A stretch of 64,000 nt of DNA, taken from assembly GCA_040758495.1 (NCBI GenBank), contig JBFLVL010000006.1:73498-137497 (forward strand). The letters are read 5' to 3'. Position numbers and translations under genes: made by a program. Below the pieces are notes generated by a model. That model was not told where the DNA came from, did not search any database, and was given only the letters and a program-made list of their open reading frames with translations. Below, one piece after another: positions 45,051 to 53,293 of this stretch. Positions within the stretch are counted from its first letter, which is position 1. Every line of letters starts with the position of its first letter. This DNA comes from Chloroflexota bacterium. GTDB taxonomy: Bacteria; Chloroflexota; Anaerolineae; Anaerolineales; JBFLVL01.

Positions 45051-46943
45051 TTAGTAGTGGGTCAGGCTGCCCTCGACTTTGGCTCGTTGAACAGCCATCC
45101 GGAAGACGATCAGGCTAAGCGGAACGCCTGCAAAACAGAATATCGTCAAAGCCATCAGGTCAATCCAGACCTCCTGGAAGGAGGCGCCCTGTAAGAGCAC
45201 CTTACGCATGGCTTCCAGCGCGTAGGTGATGGGGAAGAGCTTAGCGATGGTCTGCAACCATGAGGGGAGGATGGTCAATGGGAAGTAAACTCCACCGAGT
45301 AGTCCTGCAAACGCATTGAACACCCAGGTGATGGGGTCTCCGCGTTTGAGCACCATGATGAAACTGGCGGCTATTATTCCCAGGCTGCTGAATGCCCCAA
45401 TGGTCAGAAGCAGAATGAGAAAAGCCAGAGGGTAATTGCCGCGATTTATGGGGATGGGAGAAAGTAGCACCCCAACGGCCAGGTATACGACAAATCGTAA
45501 GGTGGTCAACAGGTAACTCCACAAGGACGAAGACAGGATGATCGTGGTGACTGGTGTGGGAGTGGTCAGCATGGCTTCCAGCGTGCCGGTAGTTTGAGCC
45601 TGCCGCAAGCTGTTGGCAAAACCGGAGAGGCCAACCCCAAAGTAGCCCGCAATGGCGATGCCGATAAGCACAAAGGCGAAGTAATCTCCACCGTAGGGTT
45701 CAAGGTAGGGGAGGGCTGTGGGGCCGATGAGCTTAGATATGAAGTAGAACACAGCCACTGAGAACAGGATGTTCAGAAAGGATAAGAAGAAAGCCACGCG
45801 GTAGCTGATCTCAGAGCGGACATCACGTTTCAGGAAAGCCCATGCTACTCGCAACCCATGTTTAACCCTTGCCACCATTTGGTGAAAGACAGGTTGTGTT
45901 TGTTGAGACAAGTGTGTAGTGGAAGGGGGAAGGGATACGGGTGCGGGAGGCGACTTGGTAGAGGCTCCTGACGGTTTCTCCACCAGTTGTTTAAAGATGG
46001 TTTCCAGGGTTACCGGCCTTCGCTGGTAGGAGATGATTTTTGCACCCAGTTGGTTGATGTGTGAAAGTGCGAGAGAGGCTGTCTGCTCGTCTGGGAGGGT
46101 TATCCTGGTCTCATCGTCATCCTGTTTGTGGGTTTGTAGTGAGAACCGCTTGCTTAATGTATTGTGCATAGCCTTTGTCAACCCTCCCACACATAGAAAG
46201 ATATCTTCTGAGAGGCCTGATTGTTGGCGAAGTTCATCTAAAGAACCACAAGCCAGTATCTCTCCTTGGTGCATTATAGCGATGCGGTTGCACAGCTTTT
46301 CAGCCTCGGTAAGCCGGTGGGTGGTCAGGAATACAGTTATCCCTTCCTTTTCTACCAGTTGACTCCGGATAAGGGTATGAAGCCGCTCTGTGGCAATGGG
46401 GTCGAGGTCATTGGTGGGTTCATCCAGGTATAACAGGCTGGGGTTGTTGAGTAAAGCTCGGGCGATTCCTAAACGTTTGCGCATCCCGTTGGAGTAAACC
46501 TGGACAGGCTTGTGGGCTGCTTCTGTCAATCCTACCTGTTCTAATGCCCAGGCAATCCTTTTGTCTTTTTCCTCGCCGAACAATCCAAACATGGTAGAAA
46601 AGAAATCCAGGTTTTGGCTTCCGGTTAAGCGCCAGTAAAAGCTGCGTTCGTCCCCGGTACTTAACCCTACAACGCTTTTGATAAATTGTTGTTGGTTCAG
46701 GTCGTATCCTTTGATGTGCGCAGTACCTGAACAGGGGGTGATCAACGTGCACAAGAGCTTGATTAACGTCGTTTTACCCGCGCCATTGGGGCCCACCAAC
46801 CCAAACAGCTCCCCATCTTTTACGCGCAGGTTTACATCCTTGACCACGAGTTGAGGTGCATCGCGGTGAGAATGTAAAGGCAACAGGCTAAGGGTTTGAG
46901 GGAAATATTTACTTAGATGAAAGGTTTCAATGGCCCAATCCAA
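45051..46943 (-). CDS. Fused ABC transporter: N-terminal ATPase + C-terminal ABC-2 permease
   Basis: Walker A GPNGAGKTT, signature YSNGMRKRL, Walker B LLYLDEPTNDLD. A linker follows, then 6 TM segments of ABC-2 type (RDVRSEISYRVAFFLSF...). Confidence 0.85.
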   Translation of the reverse strand: MDWAIETFHLSKYFPQTLSLLPLHSHRDAPQLVVKDVNLRVKDGELFGLVGPNGAGKTTLIKLLCTLITPCSGTAHIKGYDLNQQQFIKSVVGLSTGDERSFYWRLTGSQNLDFFSTMFGLFGEEKDKRIAWALEQVGLTEAAHKPVQVYSNGMRKRLGIARALLNNPSLLYLDEPTNDLDPIATERLHTLIRSQLVEKEGITVFLTTHRLTEAEKLCNRIAIMHQGEILACGSLDELRQQSGLSEDIFLCVGGLTKAMHNTLSKRFSLQTHKQDDDETRITLPDEQTASLALSHINQLGAKIISYQRRPVTLETIFKQLVEKPSGASTKSPPAPVSLPPSTTHLSQQTQPVFHQMVARVKHGLRVAWAFLKRDVRSEISYRVAFFLSFLNILFSVAVFYFISKLIGPTALPYLEPYGGDYFAFVLIGIAIAGYFGVGLSGFANSLRQAQTTGTLEAMLTTPTPVTTIILSSSLWSYLLTTLRFVVYLAVGVLLSPIPINRGNYPLAFLILLLTIGAFSSLGIIAASFIMVLKRGDPITWVFNAFAGLLGGVYFPLTILPSWLQTIAKLFPITYALEAMRKVLLQGASFQEVWIDLMALTIFCFAGVPLSLIVFRMAVQRAKVEGSLTHY

Positions 46944-46999
46944 ACCAAACTCCGATTTACTAGCTACTTGACACTAAAAACCTGTTTTCCGCCATCTTG

Positions 47000-47705
47000 C
47001 TCGATATACTCCCTTCGTGCTCCTACGGGGTACTTTGGGAGTTACTCGACCAACTGCAATTCGCGGGTCGAGTGCCCGAAACGAAGTGAAGGGCGTATCG
47101 AGACCCTCTTTTCGTTGAGGACCTTGTCTAGGTCGAGACCCCCTCCAAACAAGGGAAACGGCGACGGTGGGACGTCGCCTTGACGGGGGGGCAGGGGTAT
47201 CCTCGCAGGTCGAGTGCCTCCTCTTACTTGCAGGTCGAGTGATCCCTGTCCCCGTATGGGGGCGAGCCGAAGGCGAGGATTGTATCGAGACCAAGCCCTG
47301 GTCTTAGGGTGGTCTCGATACGGTGCCTTCGGCACCTACTCGACCAACAGGATATCGCGGGTCGAGTGATCCCTGTCCCTGTATGGGGGTGAGCCGAAGG
47401 CGAGGATTGTATCGAGACCGAGACCTGGTCTTAGGGTGGTCTCGATACGGTGCCTTCGGCACCTACTCGACCAGCAGGATATCGCAGGTCGAGTGATCCC
47501 TGTCCCCGTATGGGGGCGAGCCGAAGGCGAGGATTGTATCGAGACCGAGCCCTGGTCTTAGGGTGGTCTCGATACGGTGCCTTCGGCACCTACTCGACCA
47601 GCAGGATATCGCGGGTCGAGTAGGGCGAAACGAAGTGCAGCCCATATCGAGACCCCTCGGTGTTGGTCTCAATACGCCGCTTTCAGGGACACTTGACCTG
47701 CAACG
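47000..47705. repeat. Mosaic hairpin-module repeat cluster H (inverse orientation) with three tandem 127-bp units
   Basis: ggtcgagtgatccctgtcc recurs at 47233, 47360 and 47487, and ggtcgagt again at 47614, a 127-bp period. Each unit carries the ccccgtatggggg, gtatcgagacc...ggtctcgatac, ggtgccttcggcacc and ctcgacc...ggtcgag hairpins. Confidence 0.9.
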
Positions 47706-47817
47706 GCTACGAACTGTCAGGTGGTTTGCCGATTGATAAAGAAAAAAAGCACCCTGTTTATCGTTGGTGCGATGAGGTCAGGGTGCATTTGAATGTAGAG
47801 CCCAGAAGAAAGGTGGT

Positions 47818-48714
47818 TTATGGTTGCGTTTTCTGGGCACGGGGGATTAATAACCACCTGCCCTGGGGTATTGTGGCGCCATCACCAAGGGCGTTGTAAT
47901 AACGCAGATCATCTATATTGGTTTTTAAATCGGCAGCCAGGGTCTCGACGCTGATCCCACCGTTGGCAACAATGTAAACTTCGAAGGAGGGCAGTCCGGA
48001 GGTATCAAACGTGTTAATGGGTACGACCACATACCAACCGCTCCATAGGGGGGAAGGCATCCAGAAATTTACAGCCTGGATTGCTTCCTGAGTCGTACCA
48101 TAGATATTAGCTATAAGCACCAGGCTTTCACCTTCGGTCACTTGATGGATTACAAATTTGGGTTCATTGCCGAATGGCACCCCTAAGGGAGGACCGGGTG
48201 TGGGGGAGCTGAGGGGTAAAGGAGTATTGGTTGCTGTAGGTGGTGTTAAGGGGGTTTCAGTGATTTCAGGACTGGAAGCCGTAATGGTGGCAGTTGGGTT
48301 TATTGTTGGTAAGGCAGTAGGGGAAGGTGGCATCAGTGTTATGGTAGGTTGTGCCGTGGCGGGGGAGCTAAAAGGAAGAGGGAGGTTGAAGAGCGGACCA
48401 GCAAGGAATTGCCAACCCGCCAGTCCAACAGCCATAATAAGAAAAGCGCCAACGATAATGCTTAGCAAGCGAAGATTAGTTGATAACCTCCGTACCGGGT
48501 GGTGTTGTATATGTACGGGCAGAGGTTCAAGCGCCTCGCGATGAAATACGGTACATTCCTTGTGTTTGTTTGTGAGGCAATAAGCATTTTGGTGTTTCAG
48601 GCTGATGCTTTCGACAGGGTTTGCATGATGACAATAATTTTGTAAGGAAGGGTATGAATAATACGTTTCGTTGTCTTCTTGACGTCCGAGATATGGGCAG
48701 ATAGAAATTTCCAT
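47818..48714 (-). CDS. Membrane protein: Cys/His-rich cytoplasmic N-terminus, TM, Thr/Pro-rich linker, LysM domain
   Basis: The N-terminus is CPYLG...YCHH...YCLT...ECTVF. The C-terminal part VIHQVTEGESLVLIANIYGTTQEAIQAVN is LysM-like. Confidence 0.65.
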   Translation of the reverse strand: MEISICPYLGRQEDNETYYSYPSLQNYCHHANPVESISLKHQNAYCLTNKHKECTVFHREALEPLPVHIQHHPVRRLSTNLRLLSIIVGAFLIMAVGLAGWQFLAGPLFNLPLPFSSPATAQPTITLMPPSPTALPTINPTATITASSPEITETPLTPPTATNTPLPLSSPTPGPPLGVPFGNEPKFVIHQVTEGESLVLIANIYGTTQEAIQAVNFWMPSPLWSGWYVVVPINTFDTSGLPSFEVYIVANGGISVETLAADLKTNIDDLRYYNALGDGATIPQGRWLLIPRAQKTQP

Positions 48715-48815
48715 TGATGTTTTTTCGTGTAGCAGGTTGGTTAGTGCAAGGTAGCTTTTTCCCTAGAGTTTTTACTACCTTATTTTTGGGAAAAAGGGCA
48801 TGGTTAGTGTTTGCG

Positions 48816-50729
48816 CTATGATGATCCCGGAGGCTGCGGTTTGCGAAACCAGGTTTGTTTCTGAAGGGACTTATCGGGATGGGAGCTGTATGCTGCGTAT
48901 TGAAGTTCTCTCTCATATTCTTCCTGGAAGTAGCCCTCCTCCTTGTCCGCGCGTTTGTAGGAGTAGGATGCGTAGGGTGCGTACTCCTTGTAGTAATAGC
49001 TGCGGCTTTGGGGGATGCGGTTGAACACCACACCAACAGTATGTATCTCTAGCCGTCGTAATTGTTCAATTAGGGTGGCCGCAGCTTTGGTTTCCGTTTT
49101 TCCCGGCTGGACTACCAGAAGCAGGCCATCCACACTGGTGGCCAGTGAGGTGGCGTCCGATACCAGGCTTGGGGGGCTGTCAATGATAACGATGTCTGCC
49201 TGGGATTTTATTTGATTCAGTATCTGGCGCATTTTCTCGGAGCTGAGCAATTCAGATGGGTTAGGTGGTAAAGCCCCGCTGGTAATAACTGCCAGGTTAT
49301 CCATTTTCCAGACACGCGCCACTTTCTGCAGCGATTGGTCTTCCCGGAATAAGCTGGTGAGGCCAATCCGGTTTGAAACCCCCAATAGTTTATGAACCAT
49401 TGGCCGTCGCAAGTCTGCATCCAGCAGGACTACTCGCTTTTGTGCTTGGGCCAGGATCAATGCCAGGTTGACAGCAGTTGTGGTTTTACCTTCACAAGGA
49501 GAGGGGCTGGTTACTAAAATCGTTTTCAATGTCCTTGAGTTATTGGCAAATTCCAGGTTTACTCGCAGGGCGCGGTAAGATTCTGCCATCGGTGAGCGGG
49601 GATTTGCAATTACAGAGGGGTATGCCCCTTTCTTGGATGTAGATGTTTCTGGAATGAAACCAATGATCGGTAACTGTAGTACTTGTTCCACTTCCTCAGG
49701 AGTTTTGATGGTTGTGTCCAGGTACTCGATGAGGAAAACCAAACTTCCGGACAACAGTAGCCCCAGTACGCCGCCCACGGATATATTGGTAATCGTGCCC
49801 GTTTGTACCGGTCTTGAGGAGGGTTGAGCACGCTCAATCTGGACGATGTTGGGTGTGTTCTTCAATCTGGCAAGGCGGATAGACTCGTAGTTGCTTAGCA
49901 GGGAAGAATAGATTTGCTGATAAAGGGCAAGGTTTACTTGTAGTTGGTTGATGCGTGTATCTTGGGTGGTGCTTCCGGAAGTTTGACCCCTACCAACGAT
50001 GTTCAAATAGATTTGCTGGTATAAAGAAAGTAGCCCTTGTAGCTGATCTAGCCTGGCTTTTTCTTCTTCTATCTGAAGCTTCTCGCTCTCTGTGAGCAGG
50101 TCTTCATCTTTTACCTGGAGTGCCTCTAATCTACCCCGTACCTCGAGCATCTCTGTTTGCAGACTTGAGATTTGGGATTCGACCTGTTGTTGCTGGGTCT
50201 GTAGAGTTTCTTCTGAGGCGTTGAGGATATCAGATTGGATTTGTTGAATTTGGCTTTCTACAGCCTGTAATTGCGCTTGCAGGGTCTCCTCGGAGGAGGC
50301 ATATCGAGTAGTTTGTAGCTCTTCATTGTAATGGATAAAAACAGCGATTAATGTGTTGGCGATATCTGCGGCTCTTTGTGGGTCAGTATCATCTACAGTA
50401 ACTTCCAGCACCTGGGTTTCTTCCACTTGCTTAACCCTGATTTGCCCGGCACCGACATTAGAGTTGAGCAAGGCACTGGTCTGTTCTAATACAGGTTCGG
50501 TGGTAATGAGCTGTGCGTACGTTTTGGCGAGCTGCAGTTCTGTGTAGATGGCGTATGCATCCGGCATGCGGTCTTCCGGGGCCCGCATGATGAGTATTTT
50601 CGTGGTGGCTCGATAGATGGGAGTCTGTTGTAAGCTATAGATATATCCCCCAATCATGCCTAGAAGTGCACAAACGATGAGCAGCCACATCCATCGGCGT
50701 AGCAGTTGTAAGTATTGTTTTAGTTCCAT
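48816..50729 (-). CDS. Polysaccharide co-polymerase / BY-type tyrosine kinase (Wzc/EpsB-like)
   Basis: Wzz N-terminus (LRRWMWLLIVCALLGMIGGYIYSLQQTPIYRA) and a long coiled coil. Walker A is SPSPCEGKTTTAVNLA, followed by DADLRRP. The C-terminal Tyr cluster is YYYKEYAPYASYSY. Confidence 0.85.
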   Translation of the reverse strand: MELKQYLQLLRRWMWLLIVCALLGMIGGYIYSLQQTPIYRATTKILIMRAPEDRMPDAYAIYTELQLAKTYAQLITTEPVLEQTSALLNSNVGAGQIRVKQVEETQVLEVTVDDTDPQRAADIANTLIAVFIHYNEELQTTRYASSEETLQAQLQAVESQIQQIQSDILNASEETLQTQQQQVESQISSLQTEMLEVRGRLEALQVKDEDLLTESEKLQIEEEKARLDQLQGLLSLYQQIYLNIVGRGQTSGSTTQDTRINQLQVNLALYQQIYSSLLSNYESIRLARLKNTPNIVQIERAQPSSRPVQTGTITNISVGGVLGLLLSGSLVFLIEYLDTTIKTPEEVEQVLQLPIIGFIPETSTSKKGAYPSVIANPRSPMAESYRALRVNLEFANNSRTLKTILVTSPSPCEGKTTTAVNLALILAQAQKRVVLLDADLRRPMVHKLLGVSNRIGLTSLFREDQSLQKVARVWKMDNLAVITSGALPPNPSELLSSEKMRQILNQIKSQADIVIIDSPPSLVSDATSLATSVDGLLLVVQPGKTETKAAATLIEQLRRLEIHTVGVVFNRIPQSRSYYYKEYAPYASYSYKRADKEEGYFQEEYERELQYAAYSSHPDKSLQKQTWFRKPQPPGSS

Positions 50730-50829
50730 TCAGTTCTTTGCCAGATAAATTATTATTTAGGTTAGCAGGCTATGATAATTGAACATAGAGGATGAAATTA
50801 TAACAAAAAAGGTAGATATGCGCATTATT

Positions 50830-51999
50830 TTATTGGCATACCGCCGAGATCACTGTATTAATTTGTGCCTCACTCATTGTGGGATACAGAGGTAAGGTGA
50901 CTTCGCGTTGAGCAACCTCTTCTGTGTTGGAGAGGCGGATGTCAGGATATAGATGTCTGTAATAGCTAAAGGTATGTATCGGTGGATAATGAATGCTGGT
51001 TTGAATACCCTTTTCTCTCAAGTTATCCATAAAAGCTTGACGGTCAGAACCGGGTGGCAGAAGGACAGGAAAGATGTGATGAGCTGATTGTCCTTTATGT
51101 TGTGTGAAGGGAATTTCCAGTGAGGTATGGTTTAGGGCTTGTCGGTATTGGTCGGTTATTTGCGCTCGTTTCAGATTATTTTGTTCTAATTTTTCCAATT
51201 GCACGATACCTAACGCCGAACGAATCTCGTCCAACCGGTAATTGTAGCCTAATTCGATAACATCGTACGAATAAGCATGCCCTTGATGACGGTCCCAGGT
51301 CATGGTCGTCATGCCATGCGAACGCAGCAAACGTACTTTCTCGGCGACCTCGTGGCGGTTGGTTACTAACATGCCTCCTTCGCCGGTGACGAGATTCTTG
51401 TTGGAGAAGAAACTAAAGCAGCCAGCGTCTCCCCAGGTTCCCAAATAGCGTCCCTTCAATGTGGCTCCCGGAGCGTGGGCTGCGTCTTCGATAATTACCA
51501 GGTTGTGGCGCTCGGCGAGGGACTCAATGTCTTCCATGCGACAGGGGTAACCACCGTAGTGCATCACGATGATCCCTTTGGTCTGGGGGGTGATGTTGCG
51601 TTCGATGTCTTCTGGTGAGATGTTCAACTCCTGTGAGCTGAGGATATCTGCAAATCGGACATGTGCGCCTGTGTAACGCACCGCGTTGGCAGTAGCCACA
51701 AAGGATAATGAGGGAACGATCACCTCATCCCCTTTCCCAAACCCCAGAGCGATACAAGCCAGGTGTAAAGCGACAGTGGCGTTAGATACGGCTATGGCAT
51801 ACTTTACGCCCAAGAATTCAGCAAACCGACCTTCGAATTCCTGGGTGACTGAACCCATTGTCAACCAACGGCTGTGTAACACGCGAAGGACGGCCTCTTC
51901 CTCCTGGGGGCCAAAGTCCAGGTCAGATAGTGGTACGCGCCATTCCATTTTTTTAACCGGTAATGTTGAAGAGTGGAAATCCATTCTGAGATCAATCAT
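50830..51999 (-). CDS. DegT/DnrJ/EryC1-family PLP-dependent sugar aminotransferase
   Basis: Typical fold pattern, including FFSNKNLVTGEGGML (Lys in SNK). The start could instead be M at 51948. Confidence 0.85.
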   Translation of the reverse strand: MIDLRMDFHSSTLPVKKMEWRVPLSDLDFGPQEEEAVLRVLHSRWLTMGSVTQEFEGRFAEFLGVKYAIAVSNATVALHLACIALGFGKGDEVIVPSLSFVATANAVRYTGAHVRFADILSSQELNISPEDIERNITPQTKGIIVMHYGGYPCRMEDIESLAERHNLVIIEDAAHAPGATLKGRYLGTWGDAGCFSFFSNKNLVTGEGGMLVTNRHEVAEKVRLLRSHGMTTMTWDRHQGHAYSYDVIELGYNYRLDEIRSALGIVQLEKLEQNNLKRAQITDQYRQALNHTSLEIPFTQHKGQSAHHIFPVLLPPGSDRQAFMDNLREKGIQTSIHYPPIHTFSYYRHLYPDIRLSNTEEVAQREVTLPLYPTMSEAQINTVISAVCQ

Positions 52000-52702
52000 C
52001 CCCTAAGATGAGGTTCCTAATGTCGTTGAACTCATCTATAGCTCGTTTGTAATCGTCTGGGTGTCCCAAGTCCTGCCAATACCCATCATAAGGATATCCT
52101 CTGACATGTTCCTGATTCTTGACCAGCTTGAGTACCAGATCGGGGAAGTCTAGATATTGATTGTAGGGGATGTAATCTAGAACGCGGGGTTCAAAGACGT
52201 AGATCCCCATGCTGACGTTATAGTCATACGTGGGTTTTTCGCTGTAATCTATCACCTTATTAGTGCCATCGGTGTGAATCACTCCCAGTTCGATCTTCAC
52301 CTGGCGAGTGTGCATGGCAATGGTGGCAACAGCAGAAGATCGCTTATGAGCCAGGAGGAGGTCGTGCAGGTTCAGGGTGGTGAGGACGTCCCCATTGGTG
52401 ACCAGGAATGTATCTTTCAAATCCGGTATCAAGGATAGAGGTCCCGCGGTCCCCAGGGGTTTCTCTTCGTAGCTATAGTGGATGTTTAGACCCAATTGGG
52501 TGCCATCTTTGAAGAAGGCACGCAGCAGCTCTGCAAGATGGCCTACGGTCAGGTAGACATCATTGATTCCTGCGCGGGCCATTTGACGAAGGATGATCTC
52601 CAAGATGGGCATATCATCAATGGGCATCAACGGTTTGGGGAGTATCTTGGTGTAGGGGTCTAAACGAGTGCCTTTCCCCCCTGCCAGAACGACTGCTTTC
52701 AT
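51992..52702 (-). CDS. Sugar-1-phosphate nucleotidylyltransferase
   Basis: MKAVVLAGGKGTRLDPYTKILPKPLMPI. The track ORF start at 52720 is also possible. Confidence 0.85.
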   Translation of the reverse strand: MKAVVLAGGKGTRLDPYTKILPKPLMPIDDMPILEIILRQMARAGINDVYLTVGHLAELLRAFFKDGTQLGLNIHYSYEEKPLGTAGPLSLIPDLKDTFLVTNGDVLTTLNLHDLLLAHKRSSAVATIAMHTRQVKIELGVIHTDGTNKVIDYSEKPTYDYNVSMGIYVFEPRVLDYIPYNQYLDFPDLVLKLVKNQEHVRGYPYDGYWQDLGHPDDYKRAIDEFNDIRNLILGDD

Positions 52703-52736
52703 TCCTTTCCTCCTAAACATTTTTTTCGATAAGTGC

Positions 52737-53025
52737 TTATATCTCGTCGTAAAGATCTCTCCATTCAGGATTGATACGGTTGATCAGATCGATTTTTTTT
52801 CTGTCTAGAACCACCTTTGATCTGTTTTTCCCGCGCTATTGCAGCATAAATATCATCATCGAATTCAAAATACACAAGTTTTTTCACATTGTATTTCCTG
52901 GTAAATTTACTCCCTATCTCTTCTTTATGTTCGAATACGCGCCTTTTCAGATCGTTAGTAACACCTGTGTATAGAACGGTATTATTCTTGTTGGTCATGA
53001 TGTAGACAAAGTATTGTTGGGTCAT
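52737..53025 (-). pseudogene. GIY-YIG (UPF0213-type) nuclease gene with apparent frameshift in an A8/T8 homopolymer
   Basis: The N-terminus is YFVYIMTNKNNTVLYTGVTNDLKRRVFEH. After ...GGSRQKK the annotated frame ends as NRSDQPYQS*. The -1 frame reads IDLINRINPEWRDLYDEI*, the canonical family C-terminus. The T8 run is at 52793-52800. Confidence 0.7.
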
Positions 53026-53097
53026 CAGGTGATTGTTGGGAGAGAAATGACATAAACAAGAAAGATGTCGTTGCGAGCCTTGCGAAGCAACCTTTAA

Positions 53098-53293
53098 CTT
53101 GATTAATCAGGAGTTACGCAGTTCGCTGATCGAGTGGCCCTGTAAGGGCCGTATCGAGATCAAGAACTGCACTAAAATGGGTCTCCCTTGCCCAGACCGC
53201 AAGGGCAGGCGATACAATCCTCGCCTTCGGCTCGCCATACGGGGGCAGGGATCACTCGACCTGCCGGTTTCTTTAATCAAGTGCGTAACTCCT
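53098..53293. repeat. Mosaic hairpin-module cluster I bounded by 12-nt inverted repeats
   Basis: aggagttacgca (53109-53120) pairs with tgcgtaactcct (53282-53293). The interior holds ggccctgtaagggcc, cttgcccagaccgcaagggcagg, gccatacgggggc and cactcgacc modules. Confidence 0.8.

Noticed and set aside
25348-47672. Track ORFs lying inside the repeat clusters on both strands (e.g. 25348-25773, 32106-32720, 32534-32872, 36568-37125, 36930-37280, 40136-40801, 47042-47335, 47463-47672)
   Set aside because: They overlap each other in several frames and on both strands. They consist of Arg/Pro/Gly-rich translations of the hairpin modules and lack ribosome-binding sites. They recur only because the DNA repeat recurs.
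25352-47705. CRISPR arrays: regularly recurring GC-rich palindromic motifs (ctcgacccgcg, ggtgccgaaggcacc) in 300-700-bp intergenic blocks
   Set aside because: The sequences between the recurring motifs are themselves conserved repeats rather than unique spacers. Unit length is 127-150 bp with several different hairpins, motif spacing is irregular, and no cas genes are present.
42100-48544. Antisense ORFs opposite the Thr/Pro-rich linkers (42100-42450 -, 48158-48544 +)
   Set aside because: They are Gly/Val-rich mirror translations of ACN/CCN repeat codons inside well-supported genes.
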